Part shown: positions 1 to 9,265 of the stretch, one piece after another
Layout: each line of letters starts with the position of its first letter
Numbering within the stretch: position 1 is the stretch's first letter
Source: Chlorobiota bacterium
GTDB taxonomy: Bacteria > Bacteroidota > Ignavibacteria > Kapaibacteriales > NICIL-2
Assembly (NCBI GenBank): GCA_026415505.1
Contig: JAOAGY010000009.1
Coordinates: forward strand, 71,818-135,817
Length of the DNA: 64,000 nt
Direction of reading: 5' to 3'
Position numbers and translations under genes: made by a program
Notes under the pieces: generated by a model
Told to the model about the DNA's origin: nothing
Databases searched by the model: none
The model's input: only the letters and a program-made list of their open reading frames with translations

Positions 1-258
1 CGTGCAGTCATCGGCGCTGGCGTTCAACTGACCGCTTCGATTCCAGTTTTCGATCTGGTTCGCGAGCGTCTCATTCGTGCCGATGCCGAAGGCTGTCTCG
101 AAATACCGGCAGGTGCCGTCGTCGTCGCCGGCACACGAATGCTCGCCGATTCGTCTTTTGCACGCGAGCACGGTCTCGGTCTTGCGTGTGCGCTCATCGT
201 CAAGTACCGCGACGACCGCACCGACGCGCGAACGGTGCTCGAATCGGCGCTGCGGTAG
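1..258 (+). CDS. dapD: 2,3,4,5-tetrahydropyridine-2,6-dicarboxylate N-succinyltransferase (DapD), C-terminal fragment; the 5' end lies upstream of the window
   Basis: Frame 1 is open from nt 1 to a TAG at 256-258. The translation ...IPAGAVVVAGTRMLADSSFAREHGLGLACALIVKYRDDRTDARTVLESALR matches the hexapeptide-repeat C-terminus of DapD (E. coli ...[45 protein letters not shown]). Confidence 0.6.
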   Translation, partial: RAVIGAGVQLTASIPVFDLVRERLIRADAEGCLEIPAGAVVVAGTRMLADSSFAREHGLGLACALIVKYRDDRTDARTVLESALR

Positions 259-279
259 TACTCCGAAGTCGAACATTTT

Positions 280-501
280 TTGTACACCATGTCACTGCGA
301 AGCAACATCGCGAAGGTTCGTCGTTACGTCCCGCTTGCACACTATGCAACGGCAGCCGTCATGGCAGCAGCGGCTCTGCTGGGCAGCGACGGTTTGGAAG
401 TGTGGTTTTTGATCGCGGCAGCATTGTCGGTTGCAGCGGGCGTCGGCTTCTACGCATTCATGCGGCATGTCGAACGCAAACTCGATGCATCGCAGCGATG
501 A
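280..501 (+). CDS. small hypothetical membrane protein (73 aa, two predicted TM helices)
   Basis: ORF with hydrophobic stretches (AAVMAAAALLG, WFLIAAALSVAAGVGFYAF). Its stop overlaps the start of the next gene as ATGA at 498-501. No recognisable family. Confidence 0.35.
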   Translation: MYTMSLRSNIAKVRRYVPLAHYATAAVMAAAALLGSDGLEVWFLIAAALSVAAGVGFYAFMRHVERKLDASQR

Positions 502-1691
502 GAGTGCCAAAGACGCCGACCGTTCGCCGCGACGTAACGATTGTGCATCACAGCGACCGGGGCACGATCGCATTCGACGATCCGCTCGGCTACGTTCGCC
601 CCGACTTGATGCTGGAGCAGGAACTCCAGCCGCTGATCGAGTTGCTCGACGGCACAAGAGAATTCGACGGCATCGTATCGGCGACACGGGAACTCTTCGG
701 CTCCGACATCACTGCTCAGCAGATCGCGCAACTTGTCCTCTGGCTCGACGAAGAGCTCGTGCTCGACTCGCCGCACTTTCGCCGCGCACGGCAGTTTTTG
801 GAATCCGACGTCATCGCTGCGGTGTGTGCCGGCAGCGTCTATCCAGCCGAACCGGACCGCCTGCACGATTTTCTCGACGGCGTTCTTCAATCGGCACCGG
901 CACGAGCGTATCCACAGAACGCATGGGCGGCATTCATTCCGCACATCGACTACCGCGTCGCCGCCGAACATTACGCCTATCCGTTCAATGCGCTGCGCCA
1001 AGCGGAGTTCGATTTGATCGTGCACATCGGGACGTCGCATTACGGCTGGCAAGATCGCTTCCTGTTGACGACGAAAGATTTCGAAACACCGTTCGGCAGA
1101 ATCCGCACCGACGTCGAACTCGTCGAAGCGCTCCGACGCGAGGCAGGCGTACCGCTTGTGCGAAACGATCTCGCCTACCAACCCGAACATGCGCTGGAGT
1201 TGCACCACGTGTTCATTCAGTATCTCTTCCCCGATCGTGAGTTCACCGTTCTGCCGGTGCTCGTGACGTCGTTTCACGATTTCGTCGTATCGGGTCAGCA
1301 TCCGAGTACCGATGCCAAGTACGCTGCGTTTACGTCTGCGCTCCGCCGTGTCGTCGAGCAAAGCGGGCGGAGGGCGATCGTTCTCGTCAGTGGCGATCTT
1401 GCGCACATCGGGCGCCGCTTCGGCGACGATTGGGACGCAGCACCGATGCTCGATCGGCTTCGAGGAGAGGATTACGAGGTACTCGATGCGATCGCGCGCG
1501 GCAAAAGCAGCGCTCTTTTCGACACGATCGCACGTGCGCAGGATGCTCGCCGCATCTGCGGCTTTCCACCGGCGATGACTTTTCTCGATGCGTTCGCTCC
1601 CGGTAGCGGAGTCGCGCTCGATTACGGGCAGTGGAACGACCTGCCGACCAAATCCGCCGTGTCGTTCGGCAGTGTCGTCTGGTATCGGTGA
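498..1691 (+). CDS. Memo-like protein (AmmeMemoRadiSam system protein B family) with an extra ~115 aa N-terminal region
   Basis: Motifs AAVCAGSVYPA, PHIDY, HIGTSHYG and SGDLAHIG are typical of the MEMO1/AmmeMemoRadiSam-B family. Start chosen at the ATG at 498 (MRVPKT...), in frame with ORF 186..1691. The partner genes (AMMECR1-like protein A, radical SAM) are not adjacent. Confidence 0.65.
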   Translation: MRVPKTPTVRRDVTIVHHSDRGTIAFDDPLGYVRPDLMLEQELQPLIELLDGTREFDGIVSATRELFGSDITAQQIAQLVLWLDEELVLDSPHFRRARQFLESDVIAAVCAGSVYPAEPDRLHDFLDGVLQSAPARAYPQNAWAAFIPHIDYRVAAEHYAYPFNALRQAEFDLIVHIGTSHYGWQDRFLLTTKDFETPFGRIRTDVELVEALRREAGVPLVRNDLAYQPEHALELHHVFIQYLFPDREFTVLPVLVTSFHDFVVSGQHPSTDAKYAAFTSALRRVVEQSGRRAIVLVSGDLAHIGRRFGDDWDAAPMLDRLRGEDYEVLDAIARGKSSALFDTIARAQDARRICGFPPAMTFLDAFAPGSGVALDYGQWNDLPTKSAVSFGSVVWYR

Positions 1692-3176
1692 CTACTCCTC
1701 GTCGTCGTCTTCCAACCGCCGACCGCGCAGCAACGTTCCGAGCATGCCGGTGTACGTCGCGCTCGTCGGGCTTTCCTCTTTGGCGATCTTCGAACAGTTG
1801 TGAAGCGCTTCGAGCACCAGCTCCATCGCGGCTGCTCGAACGGCACGATCGTCGGTATCGGGAGCGATGTACGTGCCGGCGATTTTCTCCAAATCCGGCA
1901 CCGCCGCAAGTCGCGCATAATACTCGTCGAGCGGCATCTCGTCGCCGAGTTCGACCGCATTGCCCTGCTCGAAATATGCGACGATCGGCGCGTACACGTC
2001 GCGTTCGCCGCTTCGCACTTTCGCCAGCGGATCGGGTGCGTACCGCACGAATAGCTCGCGTACCGCTCGACCGACGAGTGCTTTGGCGACTTTGACGGCA
2101 CCTTCCTGTTCGCCCTCGAAGACGAGCTCGATCTTGCCTGTAATCGCCGGCAGCGCTCGCTGGAAATCGAGGATGCGCACTGCGACCGTGGGTTCGCCCG
2201 TGACGATCGCCCGACGTTCGGCATTCGAGACGACCAGCTCTATCAGTGCGATCGTCATCCGCGCCGACACACCGGACGACTGGTCAACGTACTCGCTCTG
2301 GCGCGCGACGAAGCCGACCATTTCGACAAGTTCGGCGATGAAGCGCGGAACGACGACGCGATCGCTGCGAGCGATCCATGCGTTCTCGCGTGTGATGGCG
2401 ATGGCATCGTCGAGCGTGCGCGGATAGTGCGTGATGATCTGCGACTCGATGCGGTCTTTGAGCGGAGTGACGATGCGTCCGCGGCTGGTGTAGTCCTCGG
2501 GGTTCGCGGTGAAAACCATGAGCAGGTCGAGCGGCAAACGAACGGCGAAACCGCGAATCTGAACGTCGCGCTCTTGGAGAATGTTGAACAGCGCCACTTG
2601 AATCCGCGGCTGCAAATCGGGTAGCTCGTTGATGACGAAAATGCCGCGATTGGTGCGCGGAACGATGCCGAAATGCATCGCGCCTTCGTCCGAGTACGAC
2701 AGCCGTCGCACCGCAGCTTTGATCGGGTCGATGTCGCCGATGAGGTCTGCGACCGTCACGTCGGGTGTGGCGAGCTTTTCGCCGTAGCGTTCGCTGCAGT
2801 GAATCCACTCGATGGGCGTCGCATCGCCGTCGCTGGCGACACGATCGCGCGCGTATCGTGAAATCGGGCGCAGTGGGTCGTCGTTGATTTCCGAACCGGC
2901 GACGATCGGCACGTATTCGTCGAGCAAGTTGACCAGCGACCGCGCAAGCCGCGTCTTGGCTTGGCCGCGCAACCCGAGCAGCAGTATGTCGTGGCGCGCC
3001 AGCAGCGCATTGACCAGCTCCGGGATGACCGTTTCATCGAAACCGATGATGCCCGGAAAGAGCGCTTCGCGTCGCCGGAGTTTAGCGATGAGATTGTCGC
3101 GTATCTCGTCCTTGACCGAACGAAGGCGGTAGCCGCTGGCTTTCAATTCGCCGAGCGTCGAAATGGTCGGTTTCAT
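1692..3176 (-). CDS. ChlI/BchI-like AAA+ ATPase (Mg-chelatase subunit I family, COG1239-like), 494 aa
   Basis: ATG at 3174-3176. The P-loop-like LLLGLRGQAKTRLAR resembles the GD/EKGTxKS variant of BchI/ChlI. A Walker-B-like IFVINELPDL and sensor-like VFTANPED are present. No VWA (ChlD-like) partner is adjacent. Confidence 0.55.
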   Translation of the reverse strand: MKPTISTLGELKASGYRLRSVKDEIRDNLIAKLRRREALFPGIIGFDETVIPELVNALLARHDILLLGLRGQAKTRLARSLVNLLDEYVPIVAGSEINDDPLRPISRYARDRVASDGDATPIEWIHCSERYGEKLATPDVTVADLIGDIDPIKAAVRRLSYSDEGAMHFGIVPRTNRGIFVINELPDLQPRIQVALFNILQERDVQIRGFAVRLPLDLLMVFTANPEDYTSRGRIVTPLKDRIESQIITHYPRTLDDAIAITRENAWIARSDRVVVPRFIAELVEMVGFVARQSEYVDQSSGVSARMTIALIELVVSNAERRAIVTGEPTVAVRILDFQRALPAITGKIELVFEGEQEGAVKVAKALVGRAVRELFVRYAPDPLAKVRSGERDVYAPIVAYFEQGNAVELGDEMPLDEYYARLAAVPDLEKIAGTYIAPDTDDRAVRAAAMELVLEALHNCSKIAKEESPTSATYTGMLGTLLRGRRLEDDDEE

Positions 3177-3185
3177 CGCGGAGCC

Positions 3186-4190
3186 TCAGATGATGTTGAC
3201 TTCTTCTTCGAGTTCGACACCGAAGCGCTCTCGAACGGCGGCTTTGATTTCGTCGGCGAGCGTGAGAATGTCGGCACCACGAGCAGCACCGTGATTGACG
3301 AGTACCAGTGCATGCCGCTCATAGACGCCAGCATCGCCGCGACGAACGCCTTTGAAGCCGCACTGCTCGATGAGCCATCCAGCCGAGAGTTTCACGGCGC
3401 CGTTTTGCTGGTAGTGCGGCATCGTAGGGAATCGTTCGAGGAGCGCTGACGCAACATCCGGTTCGACGACGGGATTTTTGAAAAAGCTGCCCGCACTGCC
3501 GAGCTCGTCGGGTGGAAGCTTGCTGCGACGGACTGCGACGACCGCTTCGAAAACGTCGCCGATCGTCACGCTGCGACGATCGGACAAACGCCGCGCAAGC
3601 TCGTCGTAAGCGACGTGTGCTTCGGTGCGCTTTTCCAGCTCGATGCCGATCGCCGTGACGATGAATGCACCTTTCCGCTGGCGCTTGAAAACCGAATCGC
3701 GGTAGCCGAAACGACATTCGGCAGCCGACAAAGTCACCGCTCGCCCGCTGGGAACCTCGACGCCTTCCACCCACCGACACACGTCGGAAAGCTGCTGTCC
3801 GTAGGCGCCGATGTTTTGAATCGGTGCAGCTCCGACGGTACCGGGAATGAGCGCCATCGCCTCGATTCCCGCCCAGCCATTGGATACCGCCCACTCGACG
3901 CATGAATGCCACGAGAGCCCACCACCGAGTCGCAGCACAACGCGCGTCGAGCTTTCTTCGACGACGCTGCGATCGGCGATTTCCATTCGCGCCGCACACG
4001 GTATCGAACGAACCAAGAGAACATTGCTGCCGCCGCCGAGCACCAGCCAATGCGACGTCTTGGGAGCAATCTCGCTGGCGAACGCAATCGCATCGTCGAG
4101 CGAGCCGAGGCGATACAGCTCTCGCACGACTGCGCCGCGAGTGCGGAACGTGGTCAGTTGGTGCGATTCGATATCGCGTTCGATCACCAT
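3186..4190 (-). CDS. murB: UDP-N-acetylenolpyruvoylglucosamine reductase MurB
   Basis: Strong family match: FAD-binding N-terminal region (LVLGGGSNVLL), and SAGWLIEQCGFKG near the C-terminus. Start taken at MVIERD (ATG 4188-4190) inside the longer ORF 3186..4271. Confidence 0.9.
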   Translation of the reverse strand: MVIERDIESHQLTTFRTRGAVVRELYRLGSLDDAIAFASEIAPKTSHWLVLGGGSNVLLVRSIPCAARMEIADRSVVEESSTRVVLRLGGGLSWHSCVEWAVSNGWAGIEAMALIPGTVGAAPIQNIGAYGQQLSDVCRWVEGVEVPSGRAVTLSAAECRFGYRDSVFKRQRKGAFIVTAIGIELEKRTEAHVAYDELARRLSDRRSVTIGDVFEAVVAVRRSKLPPDELGSAGSFFKNPVVEPDVASALLERFPTMPHYQQNGAVKLSAGWLIEQCGFKGVRRGDAGVYERHALVLVNHGAARGADILTLADEIKAAVRERFGVELEEEVNII

Positions 4191-5293
4191 AGCATGCCGA
4201 GAACGAGTCCGATGACACCGCCGGTATCGAGACGCGGAACGTCGTAGATGCCAGCAGGCGCGATCGAGCAAACAAAAATCACCATCGCGAGAATTCCGAT
4301 CGCCATGCGCCGGCTGTCGAGCGGTCGGGGATCATCGATCGGCGGATGAGCGATGCCGAAGAGAAACCGCGCCAACACTGCCCACATCAACCACCCCGAC
4401 CAGCCCGAATACGCCCACGGAACAATCCGGGCGACAGTGTCGAGCGGCGGCAAAAGCAGTTGCTGCAGCAGTTGCATCAACGTATCGGGATGATCGCCGT
4501 GAAGCATCACACGCAGTGCATCGAGTATCGGACCGATCCCGACGACCGCCAGTGCAATGACCACCCAACGCCCGATACGATGTTGCCAGCGACCGACCAT
4601 CGCATAAAGCACATGCCCACCATCGAGCTGCCCGATCGGCAAAAGATTGAGCGCAGTGACGAACAGCCCGAACCAGCCGACGCACAGAAACGGATAGTGG
4701 TACACCTCGTTCATCGGTGGCACGAATGCATCCGGTGCAGCGAGCGCATGGCGCAGTGCTGCAAAGAGCAGCGTATCGCCGAACGTCAAACCATAGGTCG
4801 GTATCTCCGGCAGCGAGCGATACTCCGGATGGATCGTGAAAAGGTATTCTTTGCCGGGCAGCGTGAGAAAGCCGACGACCAGATACACGACACAGACGAC
4901 AAAACCAGCCAACGGACCAGCGACGCCGATGTCGAACAATGCCGCACGCGATCGAATCGGCGAGCGTGTCCGAATCACGGCACCGAGCGTACCGAACGGC
5001 ATCAGCCAGGGCATCGGCATCGGGATGTAGTACGGCAATGTTGCCGCGACACCGTGCGCGCGAGCGGCAAAGTAGTGCCCGAATTCGTGCACCGAAATGA
5101 ACGTCATCAGCAGTACCGCGTAGGTCAGTCCAGCGCCCCAGTTTTCTACTGCGGTAAAATCGCGTCCAGCCCATGCAGTGCCAGCCATCAATGTCGAAAA
5201 GAACGTCGCCACGAAAAGTACTGCATGCAGGACGTATCGCTGCCGGTCCGGCGGTGGTGCAACGCCAGCAGGAACGATGCGCGTGTAACCCAT
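4184..5293 (-). CDS. site-2 protease family (peptidase M50) membrane metalloprotease
   Basis: Only the C-terminal 369 aa of the 795-aa ORF is gene-like. It has HEFGHY (HExxH) and LDGG motifs and multiple TM helices. The start MGYTRIV overlaps the lysS stop as ATGA (5291-5295). Confidence 0.8.
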   Translation of the reverse strand: MGYTRIVPAGVAPPPDRQRYVLHAVLFVATFFSTLMAGTAWAGRDFTAVENWGAGLTYAVLLMTFISVHEFGHYFAARAHGVAATLPYYIPMPMPWLMPFGTLGAVIRTRSPIRSRAALFDIGVAGPLAGFVVCVVYLVVGFLTLPGKEYLFTIHPEYRSLPEIPTYGLTFGDTLLFAALRHALAAPDAFVPPMNEVYHYPFLCVGWFGLFVTALNLLPIGQLDGGHVLYAMVGRWQHRIGRWVVIALAVVGIGPILDALRVMLHGDHPDTLMQLLQQLLLPPLDTVARIVPWAYSGWSGWLMWAVLARFLFGIAHPPIDDPRPLDSRRMAIGILAMVIFVCSIAPAGIYDVPRLDTGGVIGLVLGMLW

Positions 5294-6822
5294 CAGGCTT
5301 CGATCGGTCGTTGGGAATGTTCCGGACGCATCAGCGGGAAGAGAATCACGTCGCGAATCGAGGCAGCACCGGTCATCAGCATCGCCAGTCGGTCGATGCC
5401 GATGCCGAGACCGGCTGTCGGCGGCATACCGACTTCGAGTGCCATGAGGAAATCTTCGTCGAGCACCATCGCTTCGTCGTCGCCACCGGCACGAAGCCGC
5501 GCTTGCTCTTCGAAACGTTGGCGTTGGTCGCGGGGGTCGTTGAGCTCGCTGAACGCATTGGCGATCTCCATCCCGCCGATGTACAACTCGAAGCGCTCGA
5601 CGAGCATTGGATCGTCCCGGTGCCGCTTGGCAAGCGGCGACATTTCCACCGGATGATCGGTGACGAACGTCGGTGCAACCAGTGTCGGTTGAACGAGCGT
5701 GCTGAAGAGTTCGTCGATGAGCTTGGCTTTCGATGCCGAGGGTGCGACATCTACATCGTGGCGGCGGCAGAGCGTGTAGAGTTCTTCGCGAGAGAGCGAC
5801 TCGATGCGCTGACCGATCGCATCGCTGATCGCATCGAGCAACCGAACGCGGCGGAACGGTCGCTCCAGCGGTATCCCCGTGCCGTCGGCGCGGAGAAGCG
5901 TCGGCTCGCCTCGCACCTGGCTGGTGACGGTCACCAGCAGCTCTTCGGTCATGTCCATGAGCCAGTGATAGTCGCGATAGGCGACGTAGATTTCGAGCGC
6001 CGTGAATTCCGGATTGTGCATCCGGTCTATGCCTTCGTTGCGGAAGTTCTTCGAGATTTCGTACACGCCCTCGAAGCCCCCGACGATGAGTCGCTTGAGG
6101 TACAATTCGTCGGCGATGCGCAAGTAGAGCGGCATGTCGAGCGCATTGAGATGCGTCACGAACGGTCGCGCAGTGGCTCCGCCGTAGATCGGTTGCAGAA
6201 CCGGCGTTTCGACTTCGAGCCAACCGCGTTCGTCGAAGAAGCGGCGGATGGCTGTAATCATGCGGCTCCGCTGGATGAACGTTTGTCGCACGTGCGAATT
6301 GACGATCAGGTCGAGATAGCGCCGACGGTATCGCTGTTCTTTGTCGGTGAATGCATCGTGAACGATGACGTTCCCGTGCTCGTCGCGCTCTTCTTTGACC
6401 ACCGGCAGCGGTCGGAGCGACTTGCAGAGCAACGCCAGCAAGCGCGCATGAACGGTGATTTCGCCAGCGCGTGTGCGAAAAACGAATCCACGGACACCCA
6501 CGATGTCGCCGATGTCGAGCAAGCGCAGCATCTCGTATTGGCTCGGCAGTTCGTCGGCTTTGATGTAGCACTGAATCTTGCCGTCGGCATCCTGAATGTG
6601 GAAGAACGTCGCTTTCCCCATCCGCCGAATCGCCATGATGCGACCGGCGACAGCCACGTCGGCAAGCGGCGATGGATCGTCGTCACGGAACGTTTCGAGA
6701 ATCTGTCGCGAAGTGTGCGTTCGATCGAAGCTGTGCGGGTACGGTTCGACGCCGCGGGCGATGAGCTCGTCCAGCTCTTCGTAGCGGCGGCGAATTTGGT
6801 CGTTCTCGAATTCGATGCTCAT
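5293..6822 (-). CDS. lysS: lysine--tRNA ligase (class II) LysS
   Basis: Full-length similarity to LysS (anticodon-binding OB fold, class II motifs, GGGIGIDRL). ATG at 6820-6822 (MSIEFEND...). The ORF-track start at 6858 is a TTG. Confidence 0.9.
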   Translation of the reverse strand: MSIEFENDQIRRRYEELDELIARGVEPYPHSFDRTHTSRQILETFRDDDPSPLADVAVAGRIMAIRRMGKATFFHIQDADGKIQCYIKADELPSQYEMLRLLDIGDIVGVRGFVFRTRAGEITVHARLLALLCKSLRPLPVVKEERDEHGNVIVHDAFTDKEQRYRRRYLDLIVNSHVRQTFIQRSRMITAIRRFFDERGWLEVETPVLQPIYGGATARPFVTHLNALDMPLYLRIADELYLKRLIVGGFEGVYEISKNFRNEGIDRMHNPEFTALEIYVAYRDYHWLMDMTEELLVTVTSQVRGEPTLLRADGTGIPLERPFRRVRLLDAISDAIGQRIESLSREELYTLCRRHDVDVAPSASKAKLIDELFSTLVQPTLVAPTFVTDHPVEMSPLAKRHRDDPMLVERFELYIGGMEIANAFSELNDPRDQRQRFEEQARLRAGGDDEAMVLDEDFLMALEVGMPPTAGLGIGIDRLAMLMTGAASIRDVILFPLMRPEHSQRPIEA

Positions 6823-6945
6823 GTCGGAAAGTGTCAACAGTTGAGCCGATGGGCGCAAATATACCAGCGCTTTGTCGGCTGGCAGTCAATGCCGCGTGCG
6901 GTCGTTCGTCAATTGCCACGCACGTTTTCATCGAGCAGCATCCTG

Positions 6946-7644
6946 ATGCGAATCGATCTGGTTTGTCCTGTCCCGCAGTCCATCGAATCGCTGGTGACCA
7001 CCGGCATCGTCGGGCGTGCCCGCGATCGTGGAATCGTCGAAATCGTGCTCCACAACTTGCACGACTACGCCGACAACCGTTTCGGTCACATCGACGACGA
7101 ACCATACGGTGGCGGCGCTGGCATGGTGATTCGCTGCGAGCCGGTCTTTGCGTGCATCGAGCGGTTGCTCGCCGAGCGGCAGTACGACGACGTGATTTAC
7201 ATGACGCCCGATGGTCAGACGCTGACACAGTCGGTGGTCAACGAGCTGTCGCTCGAGCGGAATATCATCGTGCTCGCCGGACGCTACAAAGGCGTCGATC
7301 AACGCATTCGCGACGCGCTCGTCACGCGGGAGATTTCCATCGGCGACTACGTCATCAGCAGCGGTGAACTTGCCGCTGCCGTGCTCGTGGATGCGATCGT
7401 GCGACTCGTTCCCGGCGCAATCAGCGATGCCGAAAGTGCGCTCGACGATTCGTTCCAGGATGGTCTGCTGTCGGCACCTGTGTACACCAGACCGGCGGTG
7501 TTTCGCGGCATGGAAGTGCCACCGGTGCTGCGCAGCGGCGATCACGAGGCAATTCGTCGCTGGCGCTACGAGCAAGCCTTGCTTCGCACGCAGCAACGAC
7601 GACCCGATCTTCTCGTGCACTATCGAACGGACCAGGCGCAATGA
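6946..7644 (+). CDS. trmD: tRNA (guanine37-N1)-methyltransferase TrmD
   Basis: The C-terminal 232 aa of ORF 5173..7644 match TrmD (MRIDLV..., [23 protein letters not shown]). It is divergent from lysS with a ~120 bp shared upstream region. Confidence 0.9.
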   Translation: MRIDLVCPVPQSIESLVTTGIVGRARDRGIVEIVLHNLHDYADNRFGHIDDEPYGGGAGMVIRCEPVFACIERLLAERQYDDVIYMTPDGQTLTQSVVNELSLERNIIVLAGRYKGVDQRIRDALVTREISIGDYVISSGELAAAVLVDAIVRLVPGAISDAESALDDSFQDGLLSAPVYTRPAVFRGMEVPPVLRSGDHEAIRRWRYEQALLRTQQRRPDLLVHYRTDQAQ

Positions 7645-8321
7645 AAGCCGTGGTGTTGCTCTCGGGCGGAATGGATTCGCTCGTAACGCTGGCGATCGTG
7701 CGTGCCGAAGGGTACGACGCCGCAGCATTGCACCTCAACTACGGACAGCGCACCCAGGAGCGAGAACTTCGTGCGTTCACCGACATTTGCGACCACTACG
7801 GAATCGGCGACCGTTTGGTCGTCGACGTCGGCTACCTATCGGCAATCGGCGGAAGCAGTTTGACCGATCCTCGCATCGAGGTCGAACGAGCCAATCTGGA
7901 GCGCCGCGGCATTCCCAGCAGCTACGTGCCGTTCCGCAATGCGAACATCTTGGCTATCGCCACCAGTTGGGCAGAAGTCCTCGGCGCTCGTGCAATCGCG
8001 ATCGGCGCGGTCGAGGAAGATTCGAGTGGATACCCCGATTGTCGCCAGGAGTTTTTCCGCGCATTCGAACGCGTCATTGCGCTCGGCACCAAGCCCGACA
8101 CGAACATCTCGATTTTGACACCAGTGATCCACATGCGCAAAGACGAGATCGTCCGCCGTGGCGCCGAACTCGATGCACCGTTCCACCTGTCGTGGAGCTG
8201 TTACCAGCGGAGCGACGTTGCCTGCGGTCAGTGCGACTCGTGCGCATTGCGATTGCGTGGTTTCCAGCGTGCCGGAATTCCCGATCCTATCCCCTACGCT
8301 ACGATTCCGCAGTATGCATAA
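7641..8321 (+). CDS. queC: 7-cyano-7-deazaguanine synthase QueC
   Basis: N-terminal PP-loop LLSGGMDS and C-terminal Zn site CGQCDSC. Start overlaps the trmD stop (ATGA). Confidence 0.9.
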   Translation: MKAVVLLSGGMDSLVTLAIVRAEGYDAAALHLNYGQRTQERELRAFTDICDHYGIGDRLVVDVGYLSAIGGSSLTDPRIEVERANLERRGIPSSYVPFRNANILAIATSWAEVLGARAIAIGAVEEDSSGYPDCRQEFFRAFERVIALGTKPDTNISILTPVIHMRKDEIVRRGAELDAPFHLSWSCYQRSDVACGQCDSCALRLRGFQRAGIPDPIPYATIPQYA

Positions 8322-9192
8322 ATGGTTCAGCCGGCGTCGAGCTGACCGAAGAGCGCTCGATCGGTACACCGACCAAATTGCCCCACTCCGTCCACGAACC
8401 GTCGTAATTGCGCACCGATCGGAATCCGAGCAGGTACCGCAGAACGAACCACGTATGGCTCGATCGCTCGCCGATGCGGCAATAGACGACGACATCGTCG
8501 TCGGGCGATAGCCTGCCCTCGTTGCAGTAGATGCGGTAGAGTTCGTCGGCGGTTTTGAACGTGCCGTTCTCGCGAACCGCCATATTCCACGGCACGTTGA
8601 TGGCACCTGGAATATGCCCTGCTCGCAGCGCCGATTCCTGCGGGAAATCCGGATTGTGTGTGACGACGCCATCGAATTCGCTTCTGGAGCGGACGTCCAC
8701 CAGTTTCCCCCGTCGCTCGATATGACGCAGGACGTCGTCCCGATAGGCGCGAATACTCGACACGATCGTCGGGACGGGATAGTTCGTCTCCGGATAGGTC
8801 GGGACATCCCACGAGACCGGTTTTCGCTCGTTGAACCATTTCGACCGTCCGCCGTCCATAATGCAGCATTTGGAGTGCCCGAAGTAGTTGAACACCCACA
8901 ACGCATGACATGCCCACCAATTCGACTGATCGCCGTAGAAAATCACCGTCGTTTCGGGCGTGATCCCGAGCCGCGAACACAAGCGTGCGAATTCTTCCGG
9001 CTCGATGAATTCCCGTCGGACTGGATGCCAAAAGTTCGTCAGCCAGTCCACCTGCACCGCACCGGGAATGTGACCGGCAGAATAGAGCAGCGGATTTTCG
9101 TCCGCTTCGATGATCCGGTAGTGTTCGGTATCGTGCAGTATCGCTTCGACCTGATCGGTCGTCATCAGCATCTCTGGGTGAGCGTATTCCAT
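8299..9192 (-). CDS. sseA: two-domain rhodanese-type sulfurtransferase (thiosulfate/3-mercaptopyruvate sulfurtransferase, SseA-like)
   Basis: Tandem rhodanese domains with the active-site Cys motif [12 protein letters not shown] at 9190-9192 (MEYAHPEML). The upstream TTG at 9222 is an alternative start. Confidence 0.8.
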   Translation of the reverse strand: MEYAHPEMLMTTDQVEAILHDTEHYRIIEADENPLLYSAGHIPGAVQVDWLTNFWHPVRREFIEPEEFARLCSRLGITPETTVIFYGDQSNWWACHALWVFNYFGHSKCCIMDGGRSKWFNERKPVSWDVPTYPETNYPVPTIVSSIRAYRDDVLRHIERRGKLVDVRSRSEFDGVVTHNPDFPQESALRAGHIPGAINVPWNMAVRENGTFKTADELYRIYCNEGRLSPDDDVVVYCRIGERSSHTWFVLRYLLGFRSVRNYDGSWTEWGNLVGVPIERSSVSSTPAEPFMHTAES

Positions 9193-9265
9193 TGCCGCTC
9201 CGGGCGATGATGAAACATGCAACGGTAATTTTGCTCTCGAACGCTATGCTCGGAATCGCTCGCGC

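Noticed and set aside
1692-3176. Possibility that the ChlI-like ATPase is catalytically dead because its P-loop reads GLRGQAKT and Walker B reads INE
   Set aside because: I recall GxKGTAKS-type P-loops as a recognised variant within the BchI/ChlI-like COG1239 family, so this is probably family-typical rather than degenerate. I left it as an annotation note only.
6823-6945. Three GTCAA repeats in the lysS-trmD divergent intergenic region
   Set aside because: Short, irregularly spaced pentamers in a 120-bp region. Expected by chance, with no palindromic or tandem structure to support an operator.
4184-7644. Very long ORFs in the track overlapping real genes (4184..6571 minus, 795 aa; 5173..7644 plus, 823 aa; 4346..5656 plus, 436 aa)
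   Set aside because: Only the C-terminal 369 aa of the first and the C-terminal 232 aa of the second have protein-family similarity (site-2 protease, TrmD). The remainder is Arg/Ala/Pro-rich low-complexity translation typical of out-of-frame or antisense reading of high-GC genes such as lysS.
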